Shown: piece by piece, positions 60,991 to 64,000 of the stretch | Layout of the letters: each line of letters starts with the position of its first letter | Position numbering within the stretch: the stretch's first letter is position 1 | NCBI GenBank assembly: GCA_027311105.1 | Contig: DAICZN010000071.1 | Span: 1,164 to 65,163, forward strand | From: Gallionella sp. | GTDB taxonomy: Bacteria > Pseudomonadota > Gammaproteobacteria > Burkholderiales > Gallionellaceae | Reading direction: 5' to 3' | Length of the DNA stretch: 64,000 nucleotides | The notes under the pieces: generated by a model | Seen by the model: only the letters and a program-made list of their open reading frames with translations | The model's database searches: none | Told to the model about the DNA's origin: nothing | Position numbers and translations under genes: made by a program

Positions 60991-61059
60991 CATTTTATCT
61001 GTAGGGGAACGATTGGGGGTGACCTTCGATTGAGTTAAATATATCCAATCAGCCGATGC

Positions 61060-61362
61060 TTATTGATACTTCCATAATTCACGACACCCTTGCCGTCAAG
61101 GCGAACGAAGTGAAGCAATCCAGCAGGACAAAAGATGCATTTTGATAATCCATCCGGATTGCCACGCCGGCTTCGCCTCAGCCGCGCTTCGCTCGCAGCT
61201 GAAATCTTGTTGCAAAGACGACGTATTCCGGATTTACGCTTGTCCGAAGGACAGTTTGTCCCGAGTCCGTCGAAGGACGGAAACGGCGTGCCAGTTTTTA
61301 ATTTCTCCCTGCCGCATTCCGAAAGATGCATCACCGTCATCAAATATAAAAACCTCGATAAT
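61060..61362 (+). repeat. Dispersed structured repeat, copy C (with internal insertion)
   Basis: Matches B and A; extra segment around 61235-61282 (TTGTCCGAAGGACAGTTTGTCCCGAGTCCGTCGAAGGACG). Confidence 0.92.
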
Positions 61363-61557
61363 TTTGGATGGAAATTTGTCCAAATCTGGTAATGTTCATT
61401 GCTGGTTTTTTCGTCATGAATCTTTTGCCAGATATCCGCCAATCTGGGGTTAAGTTCAATAACAAGATATAGGAACTTTCCCATCGATGATCGGGAACAT
61501 ACTAAAATGGCAACAGTGTAAAATTTTAAACTGGTTAACTTGAAAGGTGGAAATAAA

Positions 61558-62133
61558 ATGAGGAATCCTGGCGTTGTAAAAATATTACTATTCTTGGCCA
61601 TGCTTGCAGCGGGTATTTCAGGTTGCTCAACCGAGTCTACGAAAGTTGAAAGCAATTTGGGTATCAAGGGCGCTCCGGATTGGGTAAACAAGGGTAGCGC
61701 CATTCTTAGCACCAAGGATGGCCGCTTGTTCCAGGGGGTGGGTTCCGCCGCTCCAATGGGGGACATGTCACTACAGAAATCGGTTGCCGACGACAGGGCC
61801 AGAGCCGAGGTTGCGCGTGAATTGTCATCTTTTCTTGACGTGGTTTCGAATGACTATTCGGCCTCCGCCAAGTCTGGCAACGCGGCTGGTGAAAATGAAG
61901 AGTCCGTATCTCGCCAGATTAAAAATACAACTGCCATCAATATGGCGGGTGCGAAAATCATTGGAAGCTGGCGCGACCCCCAATCAAACACGATCTGGTC
62001 TATCGCCGAACTGGATATGGAGCATGTGAAGCGCACGGTGGCGGGGGTAAAGGACATGAATCCCGACCTGAAGCGTTACATAGGGACATCTGCAGACAAT
62101 ATATTTGACCGCGTTTCACAGGAGAAAAAATAA
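61558..62133 (+). CDS. LPP20-like lipoprotein
   Basis: ISGC lipobox, APDWV, GVGSA, ADDRARAEVA. Confidence 0.75.
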   Translation: MRNPGVVKILLFLAMLAAGISGCSTESTKVESNLGIKGAPDWVNKGSAILSTKDGRLFQGVGSAAPMGDMSLQKSVADDRARAEVARELSSFLDVVSNDYSASAKSGNAAGENEESVSRQIKNTTAINMAGAKIIGSWRDPQSNTIWSIAELDMEHVKRTVAGVKDMNPDLKRYIGTSADNIFDRVSQEKK

Positions 62134-62744
62134 TGCGTTTCCTATCTTTATCAAAAACCATGGCCGCCGCCCTGGCGGTTCTGGCATTCTCCCTGGCGGG
62201 TTGTTCCACATCAGTCACGCGTATGAATGCGTCGGAAGTCAAGGATCTTAGCGGCGCGTGGAACGACACCGACTCGCAGCTGGTTGCGGCAGAAATGATG
62301 AAAGACGCACTGAGCCGCGAATGGATAAATGATTTCAGCACCGCAAATAACCGCAAGCCGGCGGTGATTGTGGGCGAGGTGCGCAACTTGAGCGATGAGC
62401 ATATCAGCGTCAGTGCCTTCATTGAAGAGTTGCAGCGTAATCTGATCAATTCGGGGAAGGTCGTATTTGTTGCATCCTCCACCGAGCGCAAGGAAATTCG
62501 CGGTGAGCGGGCTGACCAGGATATCAATGCCAGCGAGGCGACCCGCAAGGCAATGGGCAAGGAAAAGGGCGCTGATTTTATGTTGCAGGGCACGATCAAC
62601 ACCATCATAGATGTCGGCGGCAGTGATCAGCTGCGTTATTACCAGGTCAACCTGACTTTGATCAGCCTTGCGGACAATGTAATAGTCTGGAACGGCGAAA
62701 AGAAAATCAAGAAAATGATTGAGCGCAGCAGACTCAGGTTCTAG
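62133..62744 (+). CDS. LpoB-like (penicillin-binding protein activator / CsgG-like fold) lipoprotein
   Basis: LAGC lipobox, DLSGAWNDTDS, GADFMLQG, YYQVNL, KKIKK. Confidence 0.8.
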   Translation: MRFLSLSKTMAAALAVLAFSLAGCSTSVTRMNASEVKDLSGAWNDTDSQLVAAEMMKDALSREWINDFSTANNRKPAVIVGEVRNLSDEHISVSAFIEELQRNLINSGKVVFVASSTERKEIRGERADQDINASEATRKAMGKEKGADFMLQGTINTIIDVGGSDQLRYYQVNLTLISLADNVIVWNGEKKIKKMIERSRLRF

Positions 62745-62900
62745 CAAAAACTTGCGAACGTCGGAACCAGTCAACGCACGGCATGCAACCTGGCCGTGTG
62801 CTGCCTGGTCGGCATCGAATGTTTATCCGCATGGCTCGCAGGCTGTTATTTCAGTGCGGCGGTGAGCAGGGAGCGCGCGGATGTTATTTGCAGCGACGAA

Positions 62901-64000
62901 ATGAAAATTATTTGCAGTGCATTGCTCAAGGTTTTACGCTTATGGCCGGGGATATTGGCTGTAATGCTCTTTGGTTTGCAGGGATGCGCCACTTACAGCA
63001 GCTCTTTCAGGGCGGTTGACCGCGACCTTGCGGCGCAGAATTACGATGCGGCTTTATCGGATAATGCAAAGGAATCCAAGTCCCCAAAGGATCGCGTGTT
63101 GTACTACCTTAACAAGGGGATGATACTGCGCATGAAGCGCGATTTTAAGGATTCGAATTTGGCATTCGGGGCGGCCAAGTCGGAAATGGACCGGCTGTAT
63201 GCCGCAAGCGTCACTGAAAATGCGCTGTCTGTGATGGTTAATGACTCAATGGTCAGTTATTCGGGCGATAACTATGAGCGGATACTGTTGCATCTGTACA
63301 TGGCGCTCAATTACCTGGAGCTGGGCCAGCCTGATTCGGCGCGGGTCGAGGCGCAGCAGGTTGACGATGATCTGCGCGAGTTTGCCGAAAAACATCCGAA
63401 CAGCAAATTTTCGGAGGATGCGTTTACACTCTATTTGACCGGCATGATCTATGAGGACAGGGGTGAATGGAGCGATGCCATGATCTCATACCGGAATGCG
63501 TATAACGCCTACATGAAGGACTTTGCCTATTATCAAGTGGCTTTGCCGTCCACGCTCAAGGACGACCTGATGCGGATGGCAAAGCGTGTGGGGTTGAGGA
63601 ACGAGCTGCGCAAATATGAAGCCGAGTTCAATGTTGATCCCCTGGATAATAAAAGGGCGGACCCTGACCGGGGGGAATTGATATTCGTTCTGAATAACGG
63701 GCTTGCCCCGGTCAAGCATGAGAGGTCTGCCGCTTTGGTCGATCCCAACAGCGGTATCATGGTCAGGATCTCCTTGCCTTATTATGCATCGCGGAATGAC
63801 TATAATAACGATGTGGTGGACGCTCGCATCACAGTCAGCGACAAGCAGTCGACCACCGAGCTGGTGGAAAATGTTGATGCTGTCGCCAGAAAAAACCTGG
63901 AAGATCATATGCCCGCAATAATTGCGCGTTCGATAGCGCGGGCCGTGATCAAGACCGAGGCAGTCAGGAAGGCACAGGCAGGGGCCATGAATGGCAACAA
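62901..64000 (+). CDS. COG3014-like TPR lipoprotein (runs off window end)
   Basis: Manual translation: LQGC lipobox, DRVLYYLNKG, YSGDNYE, ALNYL..ARVE; open through the end of the window as read. Confidence 0.75.
   Translation, partial: MKIICSALLKVLRLWPGILAVMLFGLQGCATYSSSFRAVDRDLAAQNYDAALSDNAKESKSPKDRVLYYLNKGMILRMKRDFKDSNLAFGAAKSEMDRLYAASVTENALSVMVNDSMVSYSGDNYERILLHLYMALNYLELGQPDSARVEAQQVDDDLREFAEKHPNSKFSEDAFTLYLTGMIYEDRGEWSDAMISYRNAYNAYMKDFAYYQVALPSTLKDDLMRMAKRVGLRNELRKYEAEFNVDPLDNKRADPDRGELIFVLNNGLAPVKHERSAALVDPNSGIMVRISLPYYASRNDYNNDVVDARITVSDKQSTTELVENVDAVARKNLEDHMPAIIARSIARAVIKTEAVRKAQAGAMNGN

Noticed and set aside
54720-61766. Short ORFs sharing PSGLPRRLRL/HPDCHAGFAS peptides (54720, 60241, 60248, 61035, 61135, 61142)
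   Set aside because: They are translations of the non-coding repeat; frames and starts are not conserved among copies.

Overview
64-kb bacterial chromosomal segment with dense housekeeping content; proteins and gene order point to a betaproteobacterium, probably Gallionellaceae-like (inference, no database search run). Core blocks: ppiC-type PPIase-bolA-yciI-yciB-msrB-phoH(PIN)-bcp, tadA, ygfZ, acs, mltD, a peptide ABC transporter, htpX, mlaA, bamD/rluD/pgeF, rimO, trxB, mltB, lysS-prfB(+1 frameshift)-recJ, aspartokinase, tRNA-Ser(GCT) and tRNA-Arg(ACG). Accessory inserts: metallo-hydrolase/lipocalin/CBS/HPP (5.5-8.5 kb), c-di-GMP enzymes, a decayed cytochrome P450 plus reductase (41.3-43.0 kb), and a tRNA-bounded region (54.2-64 kb) with a TatT-type TRAP transporter, a secreted TPR protein and an LPP20/LpoB/COG3014-like lipoprotein operon. 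Most notable observations: (1) a 1200-aa single-chain GltD/NfnB-like + PyrK/NfnA-like flavo-iron-sulfur enzyme; (2) three copies of a 230-300 bp structured non-coding element bracketing the TRAP cassette and tRNA-Arg; (3) a duplicated 22-bp-phased TTCCCTGwTA element; (4) a 110-bp tandem duplication of the acs 3' end with only synonymous changes in the coding part; (5) in-frame heptamer/palindromic insertions in an ABC ATPase and RecJ; (6) a possible variant c-di-GMP-I riboswitch before an EAL gene. No CRISPR array, rRNA, integrase or transposase was seen.
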